Position numbers and translations under genes: made by a program
Part shown: positions 40,285 through 49,730 of the stretch, in pieces
Numbering within the stretch: position 1 is the first letter of the stretch
Layout: each line of letters begins with the position of its first letter
The notes under the pieces: generated by a model
What the model saw: the letters and a program-made list of their open reading frames with translations, nothing else
Databases searched by the model: none
Told to the model about the DNA's origin: nothing
Source: an uncultured Actinomycetes bacterium
Lineage (GTDB): Bacteria > Actinomycetota > UBA4738 > JBBDHU01
Length of the DNA: 64,000 nt
Reading direction: 5' to 3'
Assembly (NCBI GenBank): GCA_964640385.1
Contig: CAZXFL010000005.1
Coordinates: 50,965-114,964, forward strand

Positions 40285-40312
40285 AGTGTACGCAGCTCAC
40301 CGCCCGTGTCAA
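40285..40312 (-). promoter_or_regulatory. Putative sigma70/SigA-type promoter of ilvB leader (TTGACA-16-TACACT)
   Basis: On the minus strand TTGACA and TACACT are separated by 16 nt, and the -10 element ends about 9 nt before the leader ATG, implying a near-leaderless transcript. Confidence 0.4.
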
Positions 40313-40360
40313 CCTCGCCAGCCGGGCCGAGGAGTCCTCCGGCCGCCTACACTCCCCGCC

Positions 40361-41578
40361 ATGCGGATCCTGCTGATCGGCTCCGGAGGCGTCGGCACGG
40401 CCTTCGCGGCTATCGCTCGCCGGCGCGATTTCTTCCAAGAGATCTTCGTCACCGACATCGACGAGGAGCGCGCTCGTGAGGTCGTCGCGGGACTCGACGA
40501 CGAGCGCTTCTCGGCCGCGAAGCTGGACGCGACCGACACCGCGGCGATGACGACGTTCGCGCACGAACGCGGGGCGGACGTGTTCATGAACGCGGCCGAC
40601 CCGCGGTTCGTCCCACCGATCTTCGATGCCGCACTGGACGCCGGTGCCACCTACGTCGACATGGCGATGTCGCTATCCGAGCGCCACCCGGAGAAGCCGT
40701 ACGAAGAGGTCGGGCGCATCCTCGGCGAGTTCCAGTGGGACCGCGCGGATATCTGGGAGCAACGCGGCCAGCTCGCGCTCGTCGGGATGGGCGTCGAACC
40801 CGGCCTGTCGGACGTGTTCGCACGCTACGCGTCCGACCATCTGTTCTCGACGATCGACGAGATCGGCGTGCGCGACGGCGCGAACCTCGAGGTTGCTGGA
40901 TACGCGTTCGCGCCGACGTTCAGCATCTGGACCACGATCGAAGAGTGCCTGAACCCGCCGTACATCTACGAGAAGGCACGCGGCTGGTTCTGCACGGAAC
41001 CCTTCTCCGAACCGGAGACCTTCGAGTTCCCCGAGGGGATCGGGGCGCTGCAGTGCGTCAACGTCGAGCACGAGGAGGTCTTGCTGATGCCCCGCTGGCT
41101 CGACGTCGGCCGAGTCACCTTCAAGTACGGACTGGGTGAGGGATTCATCGATGTGCTCAAGACCTTGCACAAGCTGGGACTGGACCAGACCGAGAAGGTC
41201 CGCGTGGGCGGTGTCGAGGTCTCACCGCGAGATGTCGTTGCCACGACGCTCCCGAACCCCGCGACGCTCGGTGACCGTATGAGCGGAAAGACCTGCGCCG
41301 GCACCTGGGTTCGCGGAACGGGTCAGGACGGTGACCCGCGCGAGGTGTACCTGTACCACGTCGTCGACAACGATGAGACGATGGCGCTCGACGGCTCGCA
41401 GGCGGTCGTGTGGCAGACCGCGATCAACCCGGTCGTGGCCCTGGAACTGATCGCGACCGGTGCCTGGAAGGGGGCCGGCGTACTGGGTCCGGAGGCATTC
41501 GACGCGGACCCCTTCCTCGAGCTGCTCAGCGACTACGGTTCGCCCTGGTCCATGGAGGAGCGCACGCCCTCCCGGTAA
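40361..41578 (+). CDS. Saccharopine dehydrogenase-like NAD(P)-binding oxidoreductase
   Basis: Starts at Met26 (MRILLIGSGGVGTAFAAIA, Rossmann GxGxxG). 405 aa, Sacchrp_dh_NADP + C-terminal domain. Confidence 0.65.
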   Translation: MRILLIGSGGVGTAFAAIARRRDFFQEIFVTDIDEERAREVVAGLDDERFSAAKLDATDTAAMTTFAHERGADVFMNAADPRFVPPIFDAALDAGATYVDMAMSLSERHPEKPYEEVGRILGEFQWDRADIWEQRGQLALVGMGVEPGLSDVFARYASDHLFSTIDEIGVRDGANLEVAGYAFAPTFSIWTTIEECLNPPYIYEKARGWFCTEPFSEPETFEFPEGIGALQCVNVEHEEVLLMPRWLDVGRVTFKYGLGEGFIDVLKTLHKLGLDQTEKVRVGGVEVSPRDVVATTLPNPATLGDRMSGKTCAGTWVRGTGQDGDPREVYLYHVVDNDETMALDGSQAVVWQTAINPVVALELIATGAWKGAGVLGPEAFDADPFLELLSDYGSPWSMEERTPSR

Positions 41579-42191
41579 TCCGGCCGACAGACGCCGTGTT
41601 CCTGTCGATCGGCGCGAACGACCTGGACTTCGGCACGATCGTGCGGAACTGCTTCTCCGGTCCCTGCACCGACCCCTCAAGCGACTACGACGTCACCGCC
41701 CGTTCGCCCAGAAGGTCGCGAACAAGGTGCTGGAGAAGCGCTACGCCAGTCTTGCCCCGTGTCTGACGAAGATGGCGACCGCGTGTGAGCTGACCAATGG
41801 CGGCATCGACGTGGCGCCGAGCCGCATCTACTTCGTCGAGTACTTCAACCCGACACTCGACAAGGACGGCGTCACCTACTGCCTCGGGGACGGCCCCCTC
41901 TTGTACAACATCCAGCCCGCCGAGATGAAGTGGGCTGACGAGAACGTCATGACCCACCTCAACGGCGAGGTTGCCGCGGCCGCGGCGAAGTACGGCTGGA
42001 CGCTGATCGGCGGCATCTCGACGATGTTCGAGAAGCACGGGATCTGCGCGGGTGACCATCGCTGGATCGTGACCTACGACGATTCGAACGCGGTCCAGGG
42101 AGACGTGAACGGAACGATGCATCCGAACAATATCGGACATTTCGCAACCGGGGTCAGGATCGCGGAGGGCAGCAAGGTCAACGTGCCCTAG
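41579..42191 (+). pseudogene. SGNH/GDSL hydrolase remnant (N-terminally truncated, frameshifted)
   Basis: LSIGANDLDFG (block II) and GTMHPNNIGHFA (DxxH block V) are found in two different frames, with a 1-nt indel near 41700. The N-terminal GDS(L) block is absent. The remnant begins right at the stop of the upstream gene. Confidence 0.55.
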
Positions 42192-42217
42192 CAGACCCAG
42201 GCGGGCCCGGGCGGGGA

Positions 42218-43459
42218 CTAGCGGCCTTCGAGCTGGGCCATGAAGTCGTCGAGGTCGGGTTCGACCGTCATGGTCGGCGTGAGGTCCTCCTCTTCGAGCG
42301 CCTCGATCGTCTTGTAGCCGTTCCCGGTGATGATGGCGACGGTCTCCTCGTCGCGGCGGACGATCCCTTGCTCGCGCAGCCGCTTGAGCACGGCGATCGT
42401 CACGCCGCCCGCGGTCTCGGTGAAGATGCCCTCGTGACGGGCCAGCAGGTGGATCCCATCCACGACCTCTTCCTCGCTGCAGTATTCGATCGCCCCGCCC
42501 GTCTCGCGCGCCGTCTGGATGGCGTACCACCCATCCGCCGGGTTCCCGATCGCCAGAGACTTCGCGATCGTGTTCGGCTTCACCGGTGTGACCTCGGTCG
42601 CGTTCTCCTTGAACGCCGTGGCCACCGGCGCGCACCCCTGCGCCTGGGCGCCCGAGATGCGGAACGGGTAGTCCTCGACCGCGCCGACCTCGGTCAGCTC
42701 ACGGAACGCGCGGTGGATCTTCGTCATCAGCGCCCCGCTCGCGATCGGCACGACCACGTGGTCCGGCAGCTGCCACCCGAGCTGCTCGGCGACCTCGAAC
42801 CCGATCGACTTCGACCCTTCGGCGTAGAAGGGCCGCATGTTCACGTTCACGAACGCCCACGGGAGCGCGTCGGCGACCTCGGTACAGAGCCGGTTCACGT
42901 CGTCGTAGTTGCCCTTGACCTTGATGACGTTGGCGCCATACGCCGATGTCGCGATGATCTTGGCCCGCTCCAGGTCGTGCGGGATGAAGATGTACGCCGG
43001 GATGTCGGCCTTCGCCGCGTGTGCACCCGTGGCGTTCGCCAGGTTCCCCGTGGATGCGCACCCGACGGCCTCGAACCCGAAGGCACGCGACATCGTCAGC
43101 GCCACCGACACGACTCGGTCCTTGAACGAGTTCGATGGGTTGACCGAGTCATCCTTGATCCACAGGTTCCGGATGCCGAGCGCCCGACCCAGGTTATCGG
43201 CGCGGCGAAGCGGGGTGAGGCCAGCTCCGAGGTCGACCTTGTCGACGCCGAGACCCGGCAGCAGCGGCTGGTATCGCCAGAGCGACGCCGGCCCAGCCTC
43301 GACCTCCTTGCGGAACGCGTCGCCGCTGATGGCGGACAGGTCGTAGTGCGGTTCGAGGGGACCGAAGCAATCCTCACAGATCGACAGCGGCTCGACGGCG
43401 TACTGCCGGTGACATTCCCGGCATTCGAGCGCCTGCGGCGTCTGCGGGATCGGTTTCAT
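42218..43459 (-). CDS. thrC: Threonine synthase with N-terminal zinc-ribbon
   Basis: Starts at Met31 of ORF 42218..43549 ([20 protein letters not shown]...CEDCFGP). PLP motif SFKDRV. 413 aa. 4-nt overlap with the upstream ilvD stop. Confidence 0.85.
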   Translation of the reverse strand: MKPIPQTPQALECRECHRQYAVEPLSICEDCFGPLEPHYDLSAISGDAFRKEVEAGPASLWRYQPLLPGLGVDKVDLGAGLTPLRRADNLGRALGIRNLWIKDDSVNPSNSFKDRVVSVALTMSRAFGFEAVGCASTGNLANATGAHAAKADIPAYIFIPHDLERAKIIATSAYGANVIKVKGNYDDVNRLCTEVADALPWAFVNVNMRPFYAEGSKSIGFEVAEQLGWQLPDHVVVPIASGALMTKIHRAFRELTEVGAVEDYPFRISGAQAQGCAPVATAFKENATEVTPVKPNTIAKSLAIGNPADGWYAIQTARETGGAIEYCSEEEVVDGIHLLARHEGIFTETAGGVTIAVLKRLREQGIVRRDEETVAIITGNGYKTIEALEEEDLTPTMTVEPDLDDFMAQLEGR

Positions 43460-45135
43460 CCGGTGACGGCTCCTTCCGACGCCGAACCGACGAGCTTGGC
43501 GTACTTGGCGAGAACCCCAGTCTCGTACCTGGGCGCCCGGGGCGTCCACCCGTCGCGGCGCTTCGCCAACTCGGCATCGTCGACCTCCAGGTCGATCGTC
43601 CGGCCGTCCACGTCCAGTACGATCGTGTCGCCCTCATGCACGAACGCGATCGGACCGCCCAGGACCGCTTCCGGCGCAACGTGGCCGACGCTGAAGCCCT
43701 TGGTCGCGCCGCTGAACCGCCCGTCGGTGATCAGCGCCACGTCCTTGCCGAGACCGGCACCGGCCACCGCCGCGGTCGTCGCCAGCATCTCGGGCATCCC
43801 CGGCGCGCCCACCGGGCCTTCGTTGCGGATCACGATGACATCGCCCTTCTCGATCTCGCCGCGGAGCACCGCGCGGAACGCGTCCTCTTCGGACTCGAAC
43901 GGTCGCGCGCGCCCGCGGAACACCGTCCCTTCCATGCCAGCGGCCTTGCACACGCTGCCATCGGGCGCGAGCGACCCACGGAGGATCACGGTCCCGCCCC
44001 AGGGATGGATCGGATCCGACATCGGGTGCACGATCTCACCGTCGGGCTTCGCGGGATCGAGCGCCGCCAGGTTTTCGGCGATGGTCCTTCCGGTCACGGT
44101 GAGGCAGTCGCCGTGGAGGAGCCCGGCGTCCAGCAGCTCCTGCATGACCACCTGCACGCCGCCCACCCGGTCCAGATCGCTCATCACGAACCGGCCTGCC
44201 GGCCGCACGTCCACCAGGTGCGGGACCTTCCGGGCGATCCGGTCGAAGTCGTCGAGCTCAAGATCCACCTTCGCCTCGTGGGCGATGGCGAGCAGATGTA
44301 GGACCGCGTTCGTCGAGCCCGCGAGCGCCATCGTGACGGCGATCGCGTTCTCGAACGCACCCCGCGTCATGACGTCGCGCGGCTTGAGACCCTCCTTGAG
44401 GCACCGGACCGCCGCCTCGCCCGACTCGCGTGCGGCGACCTCGCGCCGGTAGTCCACCGCCGGCGGCGACGCGCTGGCGGGCAGCGACATCCCGATCGCC
44501 TCGCCCACCGCGGCCATCGTGTTCGCGGTGTACATCCCGGCACAGGAACCCGCGCCGGGGCACGCGGCGTGCTCGATGCCGGACAGCTCCTCGTCGGTGA
44601 TGGTCCCCTTCGCGTGCGCGCCGACCGCCTCGAACACGTCCTGGATCGTGACGTCCTTACCCTGATAGCTGCCCGGGAGGATCGTGCCGCCGTACAGGTA
44701 CACCGAGGGCAGGTTCAGCCGCGCCATCGCCATCAGCATGGCCGGCTCGCTCTTGTCGCACCCGGCGATGCCGACCAACCCATCCAGGCGTTCGGCGTGC
44801 ATCATGACCTCGACTGAGTCCGCGATCACCTCGCGCGAGACGAGCGAGGCCCGCATCCCCTCGTGACCCATCGCGATCCCGTCCGACATCGCGATCGTCG
44901 TGAACTCGATCGGGACCCCGTTCGCGGCGCGGACGCCTTCCTTCGCGAACGCCGCCAGCTTGTTCAGGTGGTAGTTGCACGGCGTGACCTCGTTCCACGT
45001 TGAGGCGACGGCGACCTGTGGCTTGGTCATGTCCTCGTCGGACAGCCCGACGGCGCGGAGCAGCGCACGCGCCGGAGCACGCTCGGGACCCTCGGTGACC
45101 TCCCAGCTCCGCGGCCGGCCGTCCTTCTCGCTCAT
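43456..45135 (-). CDS. ilvD: Dihydroxy-acid dehydratase
   Basis: Starts at Met40 ([13 protein letters not shown]) with a GGAGG RBS. ILVD_EDD motifs (CDKSEP, Cys ligands). 559 aa. Confidence 0.9.
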   Translation of the reverse strand: MSEKDGRPRSWEVTEGPERAPARALLRAVGLSDEDMTKPQVAVASTWNEVTPCNYHLNKLAAFAKEGVRAANGVPIEFTTIAMSDGIAMGHEGMRASLVSREVIADSVEVMMHAERLDGLVGIAGCDKSEPAMLMAMARLNLPSVYLYGGTILPGSYQGKDVTIQDVFEAVGAHAKGTITDEELSGIEHAACPGAGSCAGMYTANTMAAVGEAIGMSLPASASPPAVDYRREVAARESGEAAVRCLKEGLKPRDVMTRGAFENAIAVTMALAGSTNAVLHLLAIAHEAKVDLELDDFDRIARKVPHLVDVRPAGRFVMSDLDRVGGVQVVMQELLDAGLLHGDCLTVTGRTIAENLAALDPAKPDGEIVHPMSDPIHPWGGTVILRGSLAPDGSVCKAAGMEGTVFRGRARPFESEEDAFRAVLRGEIEKGDVIVIRNEGPVGAPGMPEMLATTAAVAGAGLGKDVALITDGRFSGATKGFSVGHVAPEAVLGGPIAFVHEGDTIVLDVDGRTIDLEVDDAELAKRRDGWTPRAPRYETGVLAKYAKLVGSASEGAVTG

Positions 45136-45269
45136 CTCGGGGAACCTCCTCGACGCTGTGGCTTGGGCCCCATATCCTCGCAGGCCTGCGCGAGCGGCGA
45201 CCGGGGCCCGACGGAGGAGACGACCGGGGGCGGCCCGCCTTGCCAGGCTCATGGGCCCCAGGATAGAGT

Positions 45270-45286
45270 TTAGAACAGCGTTCTAA
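45270..45286. promoter_or_regulatory. Palindromic operator-like site TTAGAAC-agc-GTTCTAA
   Basis: Perfect 7-bp inverted repeat with a 3-bp spacer. It lies in the divergent ilvD / FAD-oxidoreductase intergenic region, and the same half-sites recur upstream of the TetR gene at 47840. Coordinates are +/-1. Confidence 0.55.
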
Positions 45287-45340
45287 TCACGGGACCGGCG
45301 CCGTCGCCCAGGATTCCCATCGACCCGCACATCGAGGGAT

Positions 45341-46804
45341 ATGGACACGACGCGAGAACTGAACGACAGGCCCGAGGGAGGGGCCGGGATGCCCGCACAC
45401 GCCGCCGCGCCACCCCGCAGCTGGTGGCTCACCGAGGCGCTCGCCGCCGACCCGGGTGAGCCCGCGCCCGCGCTCGCGGGCGACACGGAAGCCGACGTAT
45501 TGATCGTGGGCGGCGGCTACACGGGCATGTGGTCGGCGCACTCCCTCAAGCGCGAGCAGCCCGATCTGGACGTCGTCCTCCTTGAGCAGGACATCTGCGG
45601 TGGCGGCCCCAGCGGGCGAAACGGCGGGTTCGCGAACGACCTCTGGGAGGACATCGAGGCGCTGGTCGGCCTCTTCGGCGAAGAGGCGGCCGTGGCGGCA
45701 GCCCGGGTCTCCGAGCGCTCGATGGACGAGATCGGACCGTGGTGCGGCGAACACGCCATCGACGCCTGGTGGGAGCCGGCCGACCACATGGGGGTGTCCT
45801 GCTCCCCGGCGCAGGACGGCATCTGGCGCGGCTGGGCCGACACGATGCAGCGGCTGGGGATGGCCGAAGGTCGCATCCGCGAACTCGGGCGCGAGGAGAT
45901 GGACGGCGTCTGCCGATCGCCCGTGTTCCGCGAGGGGTACCTGCTGAAGCACGTCGGGATGGTGCAACCGGCGCGGCTCGCGCGAGGGCTGCGCCGCGTA
46001 TTGCTCGAGCAAGGTGTTCGCATCTACGAACAGACCCCGGTACGGCGGTTCGCGGAAGGGCCCCCCGCCGCGGCTGAGACCCCCGGCGGAACCGTGCGCG
46101 CGGCGCAGGCGGTCCTCGGGATCAACGCGTGGGCCCGGCAGTGGAAGCAGTTCCACCGCACGATCCTTCCGCGGGCGAGCTACATCGCATTGACGGCGCC
46201 GGCGCCGGAGCGGCTGGCCGAGATCGGCTGGACCGGCGGCCAGGGCATCTACGACCTGCGGTCATCCCTGCACTACCTTCGGACGACCCGCGACGGGCGG
46301 ATCGCGTTCGGCGCGGCATCCTCGCGCGCCGGCCTCGGCACCGGCATGGGTCACCGGCTCCACTACGATGAGGCCTCGATCCGGAACCTCGTCCGCGACC
46401 TGCATCGCATGTTCCCGAACTTCAAGGACGTCCCGATCGAGGCGGCCTGGGGCGGACCGATCGACGTATCCGGATACCACATCCCCTTCTTCGGAACGCT
46501 CCCGAAGGGCAACGTGCACTACGGACTCGGGTTCACCGGTGGAGGCGTGGGGCCGTGCCACATGGGCGGCAAGATCCTCTCGGGGTTGGTCCTCGAGGCG
46601 GACGACGAGTACACCAGGCTCCCGCTGGTCGGCTACCGCCCCAAGAAGTTCCCCGTCGAGCCGTTCCTGTCGATCGGCGCGTTCGTGGCGCACGAGGCGA
46701 TCGTCCGGACCGACGACGCGAACGATTTCGGCCGGCGGCCGAACCCGCTCCTGCGCGCCATCACGAGGCTCCCGCGGAAGTTCGGCTACAACATCGGCCA
46801 CTGA
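45341..46804 (+). CDS. FAD-dependent oxidoreductase (DAO family; gamma-glutamylputrescine/amine oxidase-like)
   Basis: GxGxxG FAD motif (DVLIVGGGYTGMWSA). 487 aa from the first ATG, or 471 aa from the alternative start at 45389 (MPAHAAAP). Confidence 0.75.
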   Translation: MDTTRELNDRPEGGAGMPAHAAAPPRSWWLTEALAADPGEPAPALAGDTEADVLIVGGGYTGMWSAHSLKREQPDLDVVLLEQDICGGGPSGRNGGFANDLWEDIEALVGLFGEEAAVAAARVSERSMDEIGPWCGEHAIDAWWEPADHMGVSCSPAQDGIWRGWADTMQRLGMAEGRIRELGREEMDGVCRSPVFREGYLLKHVGMVQPARLARGLRRVLLEQGVRIYEQTPVRRFAEGPPAAAETPGGTVRAAQAVLGINAWARQWKQFHRTILPRASYIALTAPAPERLAEIGWTGGQGIYDLRSSLHYLRTTRDGRIAFGAASSRAGLGTGMGHRLHYDEASIRNLVRDLHRMFPNFKDVPIEAAWGGPIDVSGYHIPFFGTLPKGNVHYGLGFTGGGVGPCHMGGKILSGLVLEADDEYTRLPLVGYRPKKFPVEPFLSIGAFVAHEAIVRTDDANDFGRRPNPLLRAITRLPRKFGYNIGH

Positions 46805-46824
46805 TCCCCACTACCCTGGGCCCC

Positions 46825-47805
46825 ATGGGCGACGAGCCGACCCCCCAGACGATCGCTGCAGAGGTCGACGCGGCGGATGAACGTATCCGCCCGCACGTCC
46901 GCGAGACCCCGCTGGAGCGTTCTCCGTTCCTGTCCCGCGAGGCGGGGTGCGAGGTCTACTTGAAGATGGAGAACCTGCAGGTCACCAACTCCTTCAAGTC
47001 GCGTGGGGCATTCAACGCGCTGCTCTCGCTCTCGGATCCGGAACGTGCGCGCGGCGTGGTGACGGCCTCCACCGGGAACCACGCGAACGCGATGACCCAT
47101 GCGATGCCGTTGCTAGGCATCGATGGCGAGATCTACGTCGCGTCGTCGACCTCGCGCGCGAAACTCGACCAGCTCGAGGCGCGCGGCGCGCGGCTGCGGA
47201 TCCTGGACGCCGACACGCGCGACGTCGAGACCGCAGCCCGACGCGACGCGGAGACGAGCGGGCGCGTCTACGTCTCCCCCTACAACGACCGCAACGTCGT
47301 GGCGGGACAGGGAACGATCGGCGCGGAACTGATGCGCCAGCTCGAAGGGTTCGACGACGTGCTGGTTCCGGTGGGCGGCGGCGGCCTGATCGCGGGCATC
47401 GCGGGCTTGCTGAAGGCCCGCCGGCCCGAGGTCCGCGTGACCGGCTGCCTCCCCGAGAACTCACCCGTGATCTCGGAGTCCGTCGCGGCCGGCGAGTTGC
47501 TTGAGGTCCCGTGGACACCGTCGCTGTCGGACGCTACCGTCGGGTGGGCCGAGGAGGGCTCGATCACGTTCCCGATGTGCCGGGACTGGGTGGACGACTG
47601 GATCCTGGTGAGCGAAGACGAGATCGCCGCCGCGATCCGAACCGTGATCGCCTATCAGTCGGTGCTCGTGGAAGGAGCCGGGGCGCTGTCCGTCGCCTCG
47701 CTGCTCCGCGAACCCGACCGCTCCGCAGGACGCACGGTGGTCCTCGTGCTCAGCGGCGCCCGGATCCCCCCGAAGGTCCTCACGGAGGTGCTGGCGGGCG
47801 CATAG
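46825..47805 (+). CDS. PLP-dependent serine/threonine dehydratase family enzyme (threonine ammonia-lyase-like)
   Basis: Starts at Met91 of ORF 46555.. (MGDEPTPQ). PLP-lysine motif NLQVTNSFKSRGA and Gly-rich loop VPVGGGGLIAG. 326 aa. Confidence 0.75.
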   Translation: MGDEPTPQTIAAEVDAADERIRPHVRETPLERSPFLSREAGCEVYLKMENLQVTNSFKSRGAFNALLSLSDPERARGVVTASTGNHANAMTHAMPLLGIDGEIYVASSTSRAKLDQLEARGARLRILDADTRDVETAARRDAETSGRVYVSPYNDRNVVAGQGTIGAELMRQLEGFDDVLVPVGGGGLIAGIAGLLKARRPEVRVTGCLPENSPVISESVAAGELLEVPWTPSLSDATVGWAEEGSITFPMCRDWVDDWILVSEDEIAAAIRTVIAYQSVLVEGAGALSVASLLREPDRSAGRTVVLVLSGARIPPKVLTEVLAGA

Positions 47806-47839
47806 CGGCCCTTGCGCCACCCGGCGGACGTCACTACGG

Positions 47840-47856
47840 TTAGAACGATGTTCTAA
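47840..47856. promoter_or_regulatory. Palindromic operator-like site TTAGAAC-gat-GTTCTAA upstream of TetR gene
   Basis: Same half-sites as the site at 45270. It lies 26-42 nt upstream of the TetR ATG (47882) and is probably the autoregulatory operator. Coordinates are +/-1. Confidence 0.55.
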
Positions 47857-47881
47857 CCCCGTTCAGGAGGCTACGCCGCCC

Positions 47882-48457
47882 ATGTCCGAGGAGGAACGCC
47901 GCAGCACCGTGTGCCGCGCGGCGATGGAGCTGATCGCCGAACGCGGCCTCGAGAAGGCCACGATGCGAGCCATCGGCGAACTCGCCGGAATGAGCGCGGG
48001 CCACGTCCTCTACTACTTCGGTTCCCGTGACAACATCCTGGTCGAGACCCTGTCCTGGAGCGAGGCCGAACTGACCGAGCGGCGCCGCGCGGCGCTGGCG
48101 AAGATCAAGGACCCACGGAAGAAGCTGCGCAAACTCGCCGACCTGTTCCTGCCGGACGAACGGCGCGACCCGCGCTGGGCGCTGTGGATGGAGGTCACGC
48201 GGCTTGCCCCCGACGACCCCGACACGCTCAAGACCATCGACGCTTTGGAGCGGGAGTGGGTCGATGACCTCGCGACCATCATCCGCGACGGAACAGCGTC
48301 CGGCGTCTTCAGCACCGATGACGTGGACGGGGCGGTCGAGCGAATCGCGCTGCTGTGGGAAGGACTTGCAACGCAGGTCTACTCGGGCTCGCCCACGTAC
48401 CCCCGAGCGCGAGCCACCCGGATCGCGCTCGACGCCGCAACCCGCGAACTCGCCTAA
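47882..48457 (+). CDS. TetR/AcrR family transcriptional regulator
   Basis: N-terminal HTH (TVCRAAMELIAERGLEKATMRAIGELAGMSAGHVLYYF). 191 aa. AGGAGG RBS. Confidence 0.85.
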   Translation: MSEEERRSTVCRAAMELIAERGLEKATMRAIGELAGMSAGHVLYYFGSRDNILVETLSWSEAELTERRRAALAKIKDPRKKLRKLADLFLPDERRDPRWALWMEVTRLAPDDPDTLKTIDALEREWVDDLATIIRDGTASGVFSTDDVDGAVERIALLWEGLATQVYSGSPTYPRARATRIALDAATRELA

Positions 48458-49599
48458 CCCCGCGCCATCATCTCCCGGTACATGCGGTTGAACTCCCAGA
48501 CATAGCGATCGTTGAACGGGTAGACCCCGCCGTTCGCGTACGCGCGGGAGCGGACGCCGGTCTGCGCGCGCTCACACACGGCCCAGTCCTGCAGGCTCAC
48601 CAAGTCCCAGAAGTCGCCGATGTCGCGCGGATTGAAGTCCGGGTCTTCGATGGCCTCCGGCCGGAACAGGAAGTCGCTCACGATCCGGGTGTGCGTCGCA
48701 CCCGACGGCTCGAGGCGGTAGACCATGACGCAGTCGGTATGCATGTTGAACATCAGGTTGGGGAATTGCGTGATGCCGAAGTACGCCCCGATGTCGCGGG
48801 CCTCCAGCCCCGGCAGCGCCGAGCGGTTGCTCTCGCCGGTCGCGGTCAGCGTTGTTGCGCCCTCGATCAGCTCGGCGCCGGTCCAGCCGACGTCGTCCTC
48901 GACCTTGCCCTTGCGGAACAGCGGAACCTTCTGCACCAGCTCGGGGTGAACGCTCGGACAGTGCAGGCACTCGTTGAAGTTCTCGATGATGATCTTCCAG
49001 TTCGCCTCGACCTCGTAGACGATCTGAAGGCCGATCCGAAGGTCCTCCATCCCGTAGCGCTCGAACTGGGTCGGGTCGCCGTCGAAGTTCCGCGTGAAGG
49101 ACTCGCGCAGCGGCATCGGGTCCTCGGCCATGTTGATGAAGATGAACCCGGCCCAGGTGTCGATCGCCATCCGCGTCAGCGAGACGGTGGAGCGATCGAA
49201 GCCCTCCTCCTCGTGGACGTTGGGCGTGCCCACGCACTCGCCCTCGAGGGTGTACGTCCACGCGTGGTAGGGGCACTTGATGACGTTGGACTTCGCGTGG
49301 CTCTGGCCCGCGTCGCACAGGCGCGTGCCGCGGTGGCTGCAGACGTTGAAGAACGCGCGCAGCTCGCCGTCCTTAGCGCGCGTCACGATGACGGTCTCCT
49401 CCGCCACCGGGCGAACGAGCATGTCCCCGACCTCGGGAACCTCTTCCTCGCGCCCGACGCAGAACCAGTCGGCGGCGAAGATCCGCTCGCGCTCGGCCTC
49501 CCATGCCTCGGGCAGGTAGTAGGACCCCCCGCCAAGGGTGGGCTGAGGCTCCCAGCCGTAGTCGACGGGGTTCTCAAGATCTTTCAGGTTGGCGCTCAT
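48454..49599 (-). CDS. Rieske [2Fe-2S] aromatic-ring-hydroxylating oxygenase alpha subunit (GbcA/Stc2-like N-demethylating monooxygenase family)
   Basis: Rieske CxH...CxxH (CSHRGTRLC...CPYHAW) plus a mononuclear iron catalytic domain. Starts at Met24 (MSANLKDLENP) with a GAGGA RBS. 381 aa. Confidence 0.8.
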   Translation of the reverse strand: MSANLKDLENPVDYGWEPQPTLGGGSYYLPEAWEAERERIFAADWFCVGREEEVPEVGDMLVRPVAEETVIVTRAKDGELRAFFNVCSHRGTRLCDAGQSHAKSNVIKCPYHAWTYTLEGECVGTPNVHEEEGFDRSTVSLTRMAIDTWAGFIFINMAEDPMPLRESFTRNFDGDPTQFERYGMEDLRIGLQIVYEVEANWKIIIENFNECLHCPSVHPELVQKVPLFRKGKVEDDVGWTGAELIEGATTLTATGESNRSALPGLEARDIGAYFGITQFPNLMFNMHTDCVMVYRLEPSGATHTRIVSDFLFRPEAIEDPDFNPRDIGDFWDLVSLQDWAVCERAQTGVRSRAYANGGVYPFNDRYVWEFNRMYREMMARG

Positions 49600-49730
49600 G
49601 GTTCCTCTTCGCCGTGGAGGGGAGCCCAAGCGTAGCCCGGGGATGCTGCGACTTGCGACACCCTTCAAGACCTTTCTCCTACGGGATCCGTGGTTTCGTT
49701 GGCCGGATTCTGCGAGAATCGAGGCAATCT

